This document shows, piece by piece, positions 24,690-37,279 of a DNA stretch of 64,000 nucleotides. A program made the position numbers and the translations under genes. Origin of the DNA: Eutreptiella sp. 'Long Island Sound 2002' (Eukaryota; Protista; Euglenida); NCBI GenBank assembly GCA_964036045.1, contig OZ038379.1, positions 71,176,001 to 71,240,000 on the forward strand, in the 5' to 3' direction. Numbering within the stretch: the first letter of the stretch is position 1; each line of letters begins with the position of its first letter. The notes under the pieces were generated by a model. It did not search any database. It had not been told where the DNA came from and worked only from the letters and a program-made list of their open reading frames with translations.

Positions 24690-26020
24690 CATGTGTGAGT
24701 ATCGTGATGGCTTCTCCGACTCGTAGCACATAGGCGGCAGAAATCGCCATGCGCAACGCCTCAACACTTTCCCAAAACCACGCGACCATGAGGCTTCAAA
24801 TGTCCCAAATGACGTCGCCAGGCGCCCATCGCACTGGCTGTGTTCCACACTGGGCTTTGAGTTTGGTGACCGCCTTGACAAACAACTAGTCTGCCTGACA
24901 CACTAGTGGTTGGATATGTCCTGCCTTCTCCAGCAGCCGGCCCGTTGATGATAATCTTTTGATTAGCGACCCAAACGCTCCCTGTCCCACGATGCCAAGT
25001 ATGGCCTCCTCTAGCTCTCATCTTGGTGGTAACTTAGGCCGCATTGTCCCCACAAGCAATAGTTCTTTGAGGGCAATGACATACCCCTGCTTTGAGCCCG
25101 GCTCCAATGGGTCCCATACACTCCCCATGTGGTCAACTCTCAACTTCCGTAGCACCAAATACATTGCTGACCAAATTGCGTAGCGGAATGTGTTGTTGGC
25201 CTTGACTCTTGTCCCATCCGAGACCATGGCACAGGTAGGCCAAAACAACCGCACAGGGGCTGGTGGGGATCAAGGTACATAGCTTGCACATCAACCGGAG
25301 AGACTCCAACTATCCAGAGTTGTTCTATTTTGTGCAACCCACCATATAGCTTGGATTTGGATAGTTCTAGCGCGAGGGGGTCGGCCTGTTGTAATTCCGA
25401 CCCCCGCCCCCCTCTGAACCCCCCAAAATTTTCAAACCCGTCTTTCTCTAGCTTGAGATTTCGGGGGAAAGGGTCGGCCAAAGGAGCCGATTTTTTTTGC
25501 CCTGCCTGAGGGGTCTTTTTTTACCCTATGTGTCTATACTCAAAATACTCACAATTTCGTGGAGAATTCAAAAACGTTTGAAAAACACGAAAAAAAATTT
25601 GACCCCTGACTTGACCTCTGGGTCGGACCTTGGCTGATGGGAGCCTTGGGTAATGGGCAAATTTTTTCTGAAAATTTTTTTACCCCGTTTGTGTATGTTC
25701 AAAACCATCAGTGAGTCATGGGGATCATTTTGCGGTGTGTATGTTGGGGTACCCACTAACCCCCCTCTAGGGACCCCGGCGGCTGACCGGCCGACCCACC
25801 TAACCCCCCCCCCCTCCACACCCCAAAAAGTTTTCACACCCGGTTGGGGTCTAGAATTTGAGTAGGCTGCCCCCCTTGTTCTAGCGGACACTATGAATTT
25901 CACCGTACACCGGCTGGTGAAGAGGTGTGGTGAAGCGGGACAAGTGGACACATTGGCAAAGGATTTGACAGCTTTGTGCCCAAAGATGCCCTTTGGATCA
26001 GATTTGGCCTCTCGTTGCAT
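24690..26020 (-). pseudogene. Degenerate tyrosine recombinase N-terminal and catalytic-Arg region, interrupted by a MITE
   Basis: EALRMAISAAYVLRVGEAITI (LRVGEA at 24709-24726) has the same motif as WLRVGEAVSI at 35725-35748; upstream helical region GSKQGYVIALKELL...ELEEAIL. Confidence 0.6.
25373..25878. mobile_element. hAT-type MITE, 506 bp
   Basis: Imperfect ~25-30-bp TIR (CGAGGGGGTCGGCC vs CAAGGGGGGCAGCC); perfect 8-bp TSD TTCTAGCG at 25365-25372 and 25879-25886. Confidence 0.9.
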
Positions 26021-26339
26021 CAATTAAGGTGTTTTTAGACCCACTCATGGACATGGCTGTTCCAGAATTTCATCATGGTGCATTGGGCTTGGCGGTGCGT
26101 AACTAGATGCGGCATAATCTAGTGAGGCTGAGAGCACACTACAAAACCAATATCACGAGGAGTGCGAATGTGGGAAAAGGTTGGACCCCTTCTCAAGAGC
26201 TGAGGATGCGGATGGTGCCTCGTGAGCTATGGTGACCGATGAAGCTGGTCCGATAACCCCCCTTTTGCCTGGGTTTGGGCAACTACAATTGATAGGGGGA
26301 ACCTGAGGAGACTTCGTCAGCAGCTAGGTGCCCCCAAAT

Positions 26340-26895
26340 GGGTTTGAGAGTTGTGCACACTTTTGCTGAAGAGCTTGGGCACTTGGGAAGAACAACCAGA
26401 GGCTCGGTGCAAAAGGGAAATGATTTTGGAGAGGTGACGCAGTATTTTCATTATTGATAAGGCGGGAAAGTCGTGGCCCAAACAACGAGCGAAGGAGCAG
26501 AGGCAGCAATGGAAGAGGAAGGCAAAGAACAAAATGAAGAATGAAAGGTGCACGGCCACGAGGGAGGCACGAACAGCTTAGGGGGGTAGCAAGAAGAGAA
26601 GAGCGGATGATTCCAGTGACAGCTCGAGTAGCACCTCGTCGGATTCTTCAGAGATGTCTTCTTCCTCAGACATGTCCAACAGTGATAAGTCTACCTTGGG
26701 TCCAACAAGATATTTTTTACAAGAACGACACATGGTACTGCTAAGGGCGACGGAAGTCTTGAATTCTGAATGATCTATCGTCGTCGTAGTAGGACTAGAA
26801 ATTGGGTTAATTGCACCCGCCCACCCACAAGGCCATGTTCGAAGTGTGAGCAGAAGCACGGGTGGCATGAACGACACGCTTTTGGCTGTAAATGA
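26340..26895 (+). pseudogene. Gag-like remnant ending in a Cys/His knuckle
   Basis: Basic and Ser-rich stretch, then RNWVNCTRPPTRPCSKCEQKHGWHERHAFGCK* (26776-26895), which parallels the knuckle at 36278-36400. Confidence 0.5.
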
Positions 26896-28397
26896 TGGGA
26901 TACCCCGGGGGGTGGGGGGGCAGTGCAGAAGGTCTACCCGCCCCCCGGAGGGAAGACACATGTGGCCCGCCGTTGCAAGAGGTGAAAGGGACAAAGTCAG
27001 TGGTGCCTGCCTGCCAGTACAATACGAACTCTGAGGCAATCGAAGCAAAATTCATACAAAAAATCAACAGCCCAAGCACAAAAAGCATACATCACTATGC
27101 ATTGAGGCATTTTTGGTAACACGGTTCACTTGCCTGAACTTCAGTTCGCTAGCACAAACTACATGCCCACACATGTTCTTCCAGATAAAGGGACAACCGC
27201 TGAGCATCTTACCATCTTCTTTAAACGCATACATATGTATCATCTTGTAGCTTGCTTCCTACTGATATGAAAACTTCACCTTCGAAAGTTAACCATGACA
27301 CATGCATGTCCTTGCATAAGTACCTTTGTGTCGTCGATGCTGCCATCGAATATAGCCCATTAGTGGTGACAAATTTTCATCTGACCCCTTGTTGTCGTGT
27401 ATGTACTCATTTGTTCATTTACTTTCCTTGGGGATATCATTGTCCGGGATTCTTGCATTCCCTCACTTCTCTAACCTTTGTGCATCCATGTTCCCCATTG
27501 TTGCTCAACATCCAACCATGCAAACATGCTCACAAATCATTTTTCCTTTCTCTTCGGCAACAGACATGCAGCCATAACACAAGCACAGTTGTACATAGAA
27601 GTGAAATCGTACCACTGAACATCATGTCACCAACATGTGACTGTTTCTTCGGAACACAAGGGTTGAAGGGGTTGGTGGCGGAGAAGTAGGATGGCGGTAG
27701 CGTCTGGCACAAAATGGCCCTATATACACCCCAAAAAAGAAAAACCTCAAATTTCCGAAATTGGCCCAAACCACCCCCTTTTTTTGAACATGTAACGAGG
27801 TGGAAAAAATCATACTGCAGAAGTGTGCTGTCGAAATAAAAATGAAATGATTATGCAGTTACCCTCATTAAAGATTGTGCATGGCCACCGTCACAATTGC
27901 CATCAAGTTGATGTCCACCAAAACATGCCCTTGCAACACACCATATTTGGGAAACGAGATTCTTCTTGTTTCTGTGATTTGGTGCGAATTAATGAGGGGA
28001 ATCCCCCTGATGAACCTATTCCTCTCCCTGATGCTATTGATTATTGGTTGTCGTTGTGGTTTCCTTGGATCGATGGCACACACGTTGCCGAACATACATG
28101 GGAAACGATGAGGTGTACGCCCCCGGGTCGGTTCGGGTGGTGCTGTGCTTGAGAAAAGGTGTCGTGGGATGCAGTACATCCTCCTTAGGGAATGCCAGGG
28201 CCGCCTCCAAATATGCAATCAGACTGTAAGCGAGGGACTGGTCCTGAACAAAATGTGTGGCAGACCGTAGCGGGCCTCACACACAGTGCAACACTGAGTG
28301 CATGGGAATGAAACGCCGCAGGGCCCACGGGTCAAAACCGAGATCCCAACACCAGACAGATACTAATCACGCTGATCCCCTGATTTAACACAATATG

Positions 28398-29110
28398 CCC
28401 CCCCCCCCCCCTACGAGCAACGGAGAGGCCATTCGGGTGTGGTGCCCTCTGGGCCCCCTCATCTACGCGGGCTGTAGCGCCGTAGCCAGTGCAGCTAGCA
28501 CCGGTGGCACCCTGGGCAGGGAAGCACTCTCTGCGCCCTAGTGCCCCTCCACCTGCACGGGGTACGCCTTCGGCCGTGGGGAGCCAGACCCAGCCCGCGT
28601 GGCAGCACCACCTATGCCGAAGGCAGTCAAGGAGTGCGGGTCTGACCCTAGTCGTGCCACGTACCACCGCCTTCCCGTGCCAACAGGCAGTCGTGGAGCG
28701 GTTGGGTAGCTTGTCCTTGTGATGTGGAGGTTACGAGCCCAGGCCCACATCTCCCCCGGCGGGCTCAGCGTAAGGCTCTCCAGCCTCCCTGCCGGGGCCT
28801 GGAGCACCAGGCACACACTTCCCCGCACCATGTGCGCCAACACCGAACAACAATGGAGCAAGCAGGTGTGCCACAGCCCCCTCCCCCCCCCCCCAGACAC
28901 ACAAGGGCACATACACACAGGCACGGCGGCATCTCCCGCCCGCGAGCGCCACCGCGGGGTCTGGGGGCGGTCAACAGTCCGGTAGGCCTTGTGACCGGAC
29001 ACCCGGGTACGGCCGCCCAGTCGGGTCCCGCAGGGAAGGCGGCGCGGACCGTGGGTTGGCGACCTGGCGAGGCCTTGACCCAACCCAACCCAACCCAACC
29101 CCCCTACGAG
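28398..29110 (-). mobile_element. Short YR-derived element bounded by a CCCCCCTACGAG direct repeat, with a (CCCAA)4 end
   Basis: 12-nt direct repeat at 28406-28417 and 29099-29110; degenerate DCLR-IGGAAT (HxLRxGGAAT-like) at 28598-28628, then RWRG. Confidence 0.45.
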
Positions 29111-29429
29111 GCAATTGCGTCCTGGAAAGGCGGAGGGCAGCGTTGGCGTATCCTCCACATTGTCTTCCGATCGTTCCAGCACAGCGACCTTGTATGCGCA
29201 CGGAAGGCGGAAATAAAACGCTGGAATCTCTCCTGTTTGACGAATATTCGCACCTCAGATTCGGGGTATTCTGGGAATGTCACCAGCACCACTGAAATAG
29301 CACGAACAGGCCAGCGTAATATTTCAAGCAGCCGCCATGACATCAACATTGAAGAACAAGCATATAAAAGCGAGCAACATCAATTCGTTTCCAGCAAACG
29401 AAGCCGGCTCCGTGTCATCCCCTGGAAGC

Positions 29430-29920
29430 ATCCGTCCTTCTCCCTACTTGCGGGCCGTTCGTTCCTGCCATGCCACAGCCCCAGGGCATGGATGGGTGTG
29501 CTCCAGGATGCAGCTGGCCCATCGTGCACGTGTTGACAAAGGAATACCTTGTCATGGGTCATGAAATGCGGTACACGGTAATATTGAGATAGGTGCGGGA
29601 AATACAAAAGCCCACTCGCAAGTACTTCAAGCACATGGCGCCCAGCCTGTGGCACATGGACGAAACGCAAAGGGCAGAGATATGGGGAGGGGAGGGTTGG
29701 GACTGAGTGGGTCTGTGCGGGCAATTGAAGACAGTGGAGTGCGGCAAGGGCTCTCTATTTGAACAATTTCCGACATGGGAACTTTCAATTGGACGCTTCC
29801 ATGCCTCATACCACGTAAAGGATGGACCACTGTTGCGCAAGGTCATCACACAGTTGGGCGCAGCTTTTGCAGCTTTTGTTTGGGAGTTTGCGGGGACACC
29901 TTGAGTTGAGATTTCATTCG
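29430..29920 (+). pseudogene. Possible KDZ/Zisupton-like transposase remnant
   Basis: One frame gives GWD*VGLCGQL...LSIGRFHASYH; a shifted frame gives QLLFGSLRG; several stops. Confidence 0.25.
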
Positions 29921-32900
29921 GGTCATGTTGGATACCTTTACCACAAAAAATTGACAGACATGTCATGGTCTTTGACTATCATTGTCATTGTCATTGTTGG
30001 AAGTGCTTGTTCTTTCTTTCGAGGAACAAGATACATCGGGGCAGGAGGTTGACCAACCTTACCACCAAATTCTGCATAGCCAAGCCATCGACTCTCCATG
30101 CCATCAACCAGCCCCGAGAAAAGGCGCCTGTGCAGTACTAAGGCTGCCAATTCCATCTTCCATCTTCCAGCACCAACTCAACCCCGAGTTGAGGACCTCC
30201 AATGCCAGTCACACACCCAAACCAATCCCAAAGATCAAATTTATGGTGTGTTTGAGCACAATGCTCTAGCACTAGGCAATACCTGAGAAGAGGAAGCCAA
30301 TTCACGGTGATAAGATGCACCCACAGCTGCGCATGTGGGCACCTGCTGGATGTGGAAGAAGATCTGATCTACCTTCATTTGGTGCATGGAGCTGAAGTAA
30401 TCAGGCACCACCAGCAAATAAAGCCCCTTACAAAAAGACATAGCACGTGCTTCGGAAGGAAAGGCAGCAACAAGAACAATCTCCTGAGGTCGTTGAGGAC
30501 GCTCCACAAGCAGCTGTTACAGAGGCAACCCGTGAGCTCTGTGCTCATACTTTGGGTTCATTACGCAACCAAGTGGAAATCAACATGCCCATGCATGGCG
30601 GAATTTGTTCGTACATGGCACATCACAACCTTGTCCTCCTTTTACTCGCTGGTTTACGCATTTGCCCATCCTGCTGCATGCAGATGCTGCTGAATTTAAG
30701 TCGCATTCAAATTGTGTGCGCTCTCTTCTCGAGCCCTTCTCCAGCTACCCCATGCCCACACTTGCGGCGCACAAGCTCACCTGGCACGTCGTGTTAAGCT
30801 GAACTGCTTGGATGGGAGTGCACGTCACCGCAACCGTGTATGCCCGCTTTAGCACCTCCACAACAGGATCCAACAAATCCAAAGAGTAACCTGTATTGAG
30901 TGTGCACTGGAGGATGTACCAAGTTAATACCACCGGCGGGTGAATTGGCTTGTCTTGCCGGACTTGATACGAGGAGTTCACAAAGCCTATTTTCCCTTTT
31001 TCATTGGCGGCAAGAACGATGAGCCACAAAATGGCTCATTTGTTGGATACGTTGAGCATGCAAGCTCTTTGATAGAGGGTTCACAGAGGTACGTGAATGG
31101 TGATTTCACAAATGACGTGTTGCTTGAACAAACACCAACAGGGAGATGTAGCCACACCATCTGGCGATGGTTGCTTCTTGTGTGCTCTATTATCCATTTG
31201 CCATCTTGTCAAATTGCAACTTTGGTACTAGAAAGGTTTACTGTCGGAGCGAGGTGCAGTAGATCCAAACAAACATTAACGAAAAAAAGTGGAAAGTTTA
31301 CTGCACAATAATGGGGTATCCGTTCGTTAGTTGACGCCCCCAGCAAAACCAAGAAAACGCCTCGGACAAGCACTCACAACCCAACACGGGGATTGCCAAC
31401 ACACCAAAACCCGCCCGCCTCAAACCTGTCGTACAAGAGGTGTTTTGTAGCACATGCAGCGTGAGGGAGCCTGTGCTATGAAGCAACAAGGATTGTAGTC
31501 CTGCAGGGCTACCGATGGTGCCAACTGCCCGCACATAATCTGTTGCTTTGAGTGGATGCGGTGGGGTAGCCGGGAATAGTTGCTTGGCCAACAGCGCAAG
31601 TTCCGGTGTGGCATCGGTGGGTCCAGTGTGCAGGCATATTAATACCAAAAGTGTGCTTGCGAAGAGAGTTCTACGGTGCATGCGGGGTCATGTCTAAAGA
31701 GCAAAACATAAAATGACTTCGAAGTGGCCCAAATTCTTCAACCTAAGCGTTTCCTTTTTCCATGACCTTTCCAAGCCTCCGAAAGGACACAAAGCCCTAG
31801 TGAACATAAGAAATGCATCATTGAACTCACCCAATCGAAGGAAGACGTATGAGCGGAGAAGAGTGGTCACTCTTGCAAGTAGGCGATTGACAATTGTCAT
31901 CGTGTGGTAGGCAGTTTGCGGATCATTGATCCGCTGAAGCCAAAAAAAAAAAATCCGCCTCACCAGAAACTTTGAGTCATGGATCACATACACAATTGCC
32001 CGCTCCGCCCCAAAACTGCACCCCCCGATCCGTCGACCGGCCGACAACCAATCCATGCTGTGAGGGCACTATTGGGAAATAGACACTGGGTCCATGGGGA
32101 GCAAGGTACAAAGGATGCATGCACAGAAAGCATAGGCACAAAAATGTTGGTGCCACCATTGAACGGACCGTGAGGGGAAATCAACTAGACAGAAGTGACA
32201 TGTAAGCAAAAGGCAACAACTGATCCACAAATGTCTCTTGAAAAAAAATTGACCCAATCGCACCCAATGAGGTGGTGTGACATTGCAAGCACAAGGCAGT
32301 GGCTCATCCATGAAGTCTTCTTGAAAGAAATGTTGAAGACCCCAAACGGAGTGAGCACTAAGAAACACACACAATAATATTCATCATCATATTAAATGCA
32401 AAAAAGTGACCCAAAAATGTTCCAACATGTTGATCCACAAGTGTTGTGAGATGCCTAAAATACGACAAGAAATTGCCAGACTCCGTCGATAGTGCAGTGA
32501 TCCAAAAGCATGGCTCATCATCAATTACCGAAAATTGGGAGGATATCCAGATGACTAGCACATGACTTGAGAAAACATGGCGAAGCACTGCACCAAAGTC
32601 TTTAGCATTCTACCACGCGCACAAAAATTGCAAAAGCATGCCATCTTGCAAAAAGGCACAAAGGACACATTTCGTAATCTAGCATGTAACCCAACAGCAA
32701 TTTGCGCCACCAAAATAATTAATGCCCCTCTACTGTCTTCTACACGGACACCCTTCTTGATTGAGGTTGGCCTTGGTCGTTTATAAATGCTTGTGGCGGC
32801 AAATTTTTCATGAGGCGCCAGTGTGGGTCCGTATGGTTACGTGCTCATCATGTTACACATGTTACTCGTTGCAGCGGATACGGCCTGTGAAAGGCGCAAA

Positions 32901-34180
32901 TCTTGTATTGGCAACGAAGTTGAGCACAGCAGTCAATTGTTTCTTACCTCAGTGTGCAAATGGAAAAATTGTCAATGGAGCTTTCAAAATTGCAAATGTG
33001 GAGTGTTACAACTGCCCCATTTATGCCATAGACTATTCATGGTGAGTTGCTTTGCGTCAACAAAAACAGATGATGAAAATGATGAATCGAAAGGAAACTA
33101 TGTCAGATGTACATCAAAGCGTAGCAACAAAGGATTTTCCAGCGTGCACAAACAAATCCCGTGAAAAATATTTTATTGTATGTCGGGGTTTGTGCACATT
33201 GTGCACACAAATTTACATTTGGTTGAACAAACATGGCTGAATGTAAAAATATTTTAAGGCACCTTGAAGCGCTTGTATCGGGAAGCATGTCTCCCACACT
33301 GAGGATTGTAAAGTGCAAGAAAGCACGACTGCCAGCCGCGCTTGTAGAGAAGGAATTCTTGGGTCTTGTGTGTTGTCGGGCTGCAACAACGCACAACAGG
33401 GATGCATCCATGTATCATGGGAAGTAATCTTTTTGACAGAAAATTCAACCTGTTTGAAATAGTTCACCGGTAGCTGGTATGTCTCAATTGGGGCGCACCA
33501 TGCCTTTCTGTTTAGGCGCATCCTTGTGCATTGGGTGGTGACATCAACTTGTAATGCCACTTGGCACCACAAGACTGCCACTATCATTGAGAGTCACGAG
33601 ATTCGTGTCTTCTGCCACAGAGATACCCACCACAAATGACATAGGAGCATCCCCCAGCAACACTGGGTGCACGTAGTTGTTTTGTTGTCTGTGGTGGCTG
33701 TTTGTTTTAGTGTGGTCACCCGTTCATGTTCCCCTTTCTCGGAGATCTTTGCCTTGTCTGCTTTTTGGCCCTAGACGACTCAATGCATCCGCTGTAGGCG
33801 AGACATGTGCTTGGTGGTCTGGGGAAGAGAATTCTTGGCAAAGTGAGACTGTATGACACATCCACATTCCCTGGTTGCGTCACTAGGATGTCTTGGTACA
33901 ACTCGCCGCGTGCCATCCTTAGCGCCATGTCTTGATATGTCTTTCCGGCATGTTGAATGCCACGTTCATGAATGTTGGGCTGCCAATTGTGGAGCGTGCA
34001 CTTACGCAGCATTTTGTAATATTCCACCCAATTTTCCGTTGGTGTCCGTGGTGCATGGTTTGTCTCCTCGGGTGGCTTGTTTGTGTCATCTTGGGACGCA
34101 CTTCGGGCAAACAGCTGCTTCATGGGCATAAGCACCGGCTGTGCTAATCCTGCGAGTGGTTCTGGCGGCGTTGGGTTGTG

Positions 34181-34231
34181 TGAGCTAGGGTTGCATCCCA
34201 CATCCCCATTTTGTGTTAGGTCACGCACCCA
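34181..34231 (-). other. Degenerate 2A/StopGo-like motif
   Basis: WVRDLTQNGDVGCNPSS versus the consensus D(V/I)ExNPGP. Confidence 0.4.
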
Positions 34232-35349
34232 TGTGTCCGCAACTCCTCCACTGTCGCGGATGTCTCCCCTGGTGGCCGCCAGGCATACGAGGTACCCAAA
34301 CCCCCTCGGGGGGTGCCCCACATCCACCGCTTGCTCCGATGGCTGTTCCCCGGCCACTGCCAACCGCCACCGCCAAGACCATTGCCCACCACCTTCGACC
34401 AACTTGCGCACCGCCCATAGTCTAGCCCCGCCACCACCCGAGGCCCGGGGGGGGGGGCGGAGGGCGCGGCGTTAGACGCCTTGCAGCCGACAGCCACGGC
34501 GCCCAAACGCTCATGCGCGAACGACCCCGCCCCCTCCGCGGACCCCGTGGGTGGCCTGGGCACATCACGAAGACCGGGCGCCAAAGCCCCCCCCCCACCC
34601 CCACCTGTGGCGGCGGAAACCCCACGACTGGGGGCAAGACCCTGACCAACCGCGGGTCGCTTACGGGGCGGACACTCCGTAACTTCGGGAATCCGCCTCT
34701 TGGGCACAAGGCACTGCTGCCTAACTGTCGGGGCAACCGCATCGGGGCCACCCACCCTGGACGGGGAAGGCACACGCAACTGTCGGACAGGGGGGGGGGG
34801 GGGTGCGTACTGCTGCCGCCGTGACCCCGGTTCCCGGGGTCGCTTACGGGACTCCACCACCCCAGGGCCGGGCGCGCCAACCCTGAAGGCATCTGCCGGA
34901 GCAGTGACGCTCCCCATGTTTGGCACACACTCCTTAACTCTACGAACTCCCGACCCATCCCCAACATCCTCATCCGAGTCAGAATCGGACAGGACGATGA
35001 CTTCAGGGGGTAGCCCAGGAGAAGCGGACTGGGTGCAGGGCGGGGAAGGGGAATTGGGTCGTGGCTCCGATGGAGGTCCCGGGACGGCCGGGAATGGGCA
35101 CGGCTGGGGGCCGTCAACGGTAGCGGCAGCGATGCCCCGCTCTTCCTGAACGTCCTCCACCAGACTACCGCCAGCATGCCCAAGAAGAGGCGGTGGGCTC
35201 GGGTGCGGCGGTTCCATTGGAGGCTCCGCAAACCGCGAGAGGTCGTACATAGCCAAACCCCACAGAGCCCCAGGTAGAACCGTGCCGCGTGGGCCCAGAC
35301 CCACAGCCTCGCCAACATGCGGCAGCACCAAGTCGCCCACAACCTCCGG

Positions 35350-36299
35350 ATCTCTAAACCCCAGGGCGTAACCCATGGCTGTACGCAAGCCAGCCCACCG
35401 CCCCCAGAAGAGGAAGTACTGGGCGGCGGGCTTGCGTACCCAGCATGCCGCAGAACCTCCCCTCCTGAGAGCATGCCAGCGAGCATCAGCCCACTTGGTG
35501 TCGCGGAGCAGGCGGCTGATGGCGTCCTCGAGGAAGGCCCCCCCCCCTCGAAAACGGGCTCGTCAGGCCGCTTTCCCTTAGCTTGGCAGTAGACCCGGAG
35601 GAATTCCATCCAGGACCTTGCATAAGCCGCGGCTCGTCGACAGACCCATCTGGGCTCCCCAACCTTGGTGCTGTAGAACCAGAGGCCCTCCTTACGGTCG
35701 AGGTCACAGTACCTGATGGAGACGGCCTCTCCAACCCGGAGCCACATTGTCCACGACAGGGCCGCCAGCGCCGCGACCGCCCTGTCGTCCGGCGCGGTGG
35801 CCGCATTCCAGATGTGCACGAGGGCTCGAGGTGACACGTACGCCTGTGGGCCTGGGCCTCGCCCCGACTTGGCAATGCGCCAGTGGAGGGCCGCCACAAC
35901 CCGGGGGACCAAAGCCAAATCCTCCGCTGCGTGGACGGCAAACGCCAGCCCGCGCAGCCCAGATGCAGAGTGGCCTTCGGCTGCACGCTCCGCGATTCAG
36001 AGGGAGAGGACTTCCGGCAGGGGCCTGGCCGGGATGCATGCTTCGAACTCCGCCAGTTGGTGAATAGCCGACCCATACCGCTGCCTTGTGCGCTGCTTCC
36101 AAGAATGCATGGCCGCCACCCGTGGGTAGGCCGGCTCGTCCGACTTCGCCAACCGCTCCCAAGCGGACGCCAGGCTTGCAAAGCTGGCAACAAACCCGGA
36201 CGCAACCTCCGGGGCAACCGCCGCGGGCACCGCCCGCGAGCAGAAGGCCGCCTGCCGACCGCCCTCCCCACGTCCAGTCAGGCCCAGTGTGGGCACTGA
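35350..36299 (-). pseudogene. Tyrosine recombinase with one stop and one frameshift
   Basis: WTMWLRVGEAVSI (catalytic R), WHALRRGGSAA (HxxR), FWGRWAGLRTAMGY (H/W and Y); TGA at 35997-35999; frameshift near the C10 run at 35538-35547. Confidence 0.85.
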
Positions 36300-36950
36300 A
36301 AGTGCCAGTGCTTAGGGGCAGCGGTCTCAGGGCTGTGGGCCTTGCAGCGGCGGCATTCCCCCGGCGCCGGGGCGGACACGGGGACTTTCCGTCCCGAGGC
36401 ATTAACCCATTTGAGGACTCCTCCCTCACGCACGAACCGAACCCCTCGCCACCGAAACGAATCCGCCGGGTGGGCGGAGGCCTGAGACCACTGGAGGGCA
36501 TCCAGCTGCCGGCCTTCGGCGGATTCGGCATCTTCGCGGGCTCGATGTCGTCCTTCATACGCCTTGTGGCTGTCCCACAGGGTGTCCCAGACACGGTTCG
36601 CCAGGACCTCCTTGGGTGTTTGGTCCTCGTTGCCCTCCATGTCCGCTCTGGGCACCTGCTGCACTTACTACTCCAGGGACTCCGCGGTTTGCTTCATCCA
36701 CCCGGCCAGGCGCTCAGTCACGCAACTCCGCCAAGGCCTCCGCGGTGAGCCGTGGCGTCTTGGGCGAGGCCAGCTCCGCCTTCTCGAGCCTTCTGCGAAG
36801 GCCCTCCAACTCTGCTGCCTGTTGCCGGACCAAGGCCTCCAGGTCACGATTCAACTGCGAAGAAGGGGACGGTCCAACCGACGGCTCTACGCCGCGATTG
36901 TCTGAATCCTTCGGGGGGCTGGCTGACTTGTTGGGGGTGAAAAGGTTCAT
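36278..36950 (-). pseudogene. Gag-like protein with a coiled coil and a CxxC...H...C knuckle (frameshifted)
   Basis: MNLFTPNKSASPPK...LEALVRQQAAELEGLRRRLEKAEL, then APGECRRCKAHSPETAAPKHWHFQCPHWA*. Confidence 0.65.
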
Positions 36951-37279
36951 GGCACAAAAAACAGAAAGTAAAAACACACTGCCTGAAAGGGGAAGAGGTA
37001 GAGGTAAACCAACGGTGACAAGCACCGTGAGTTTGTTTGTTTCCCATGTGATATGCCCCATCTCCGCGTGCTCACCGAATCTCTTCTACTCACACCTGAT
37101 TCCTCATGTGGTGTGACCTTCCGCCCTTTGGTCTTCCTCCCTGCCACCTCACAAAAGACACTCAGCAGCTGGGGAAGCGCACAGACAACAATGGCAAGCA
37201 AATCATTCAAATCGTCCTCAGCTTGTGCAATTTTGCCCGCCATGCCCATGTGTTGAGGGTCAGGCACAGGGTCAAGTTT

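Larger units (their letters stand above)
34180..37100 (-). mobile_element. YR-encoding element (DIRS/Ngaro/VIPER/TATE-like architecture): gag-like, YR, 2A-like motif; no RT visible
   Basis: GC-rich block with a gag knuckle, a full set of YR motifs and a downstream GDVxxNP motif; boundaries approximate. Confidence 0.75.

Noticed and set aside
29079-29100. (CCCAA)n as a true telomere
   Set aside because: Only four internal pentamer units; treated as an element end
34513-36748. Multiple long plus-strand and alternative-frame ORFs
   Set aside because: GC-rich shadows of the minus-strand gag/YR frames
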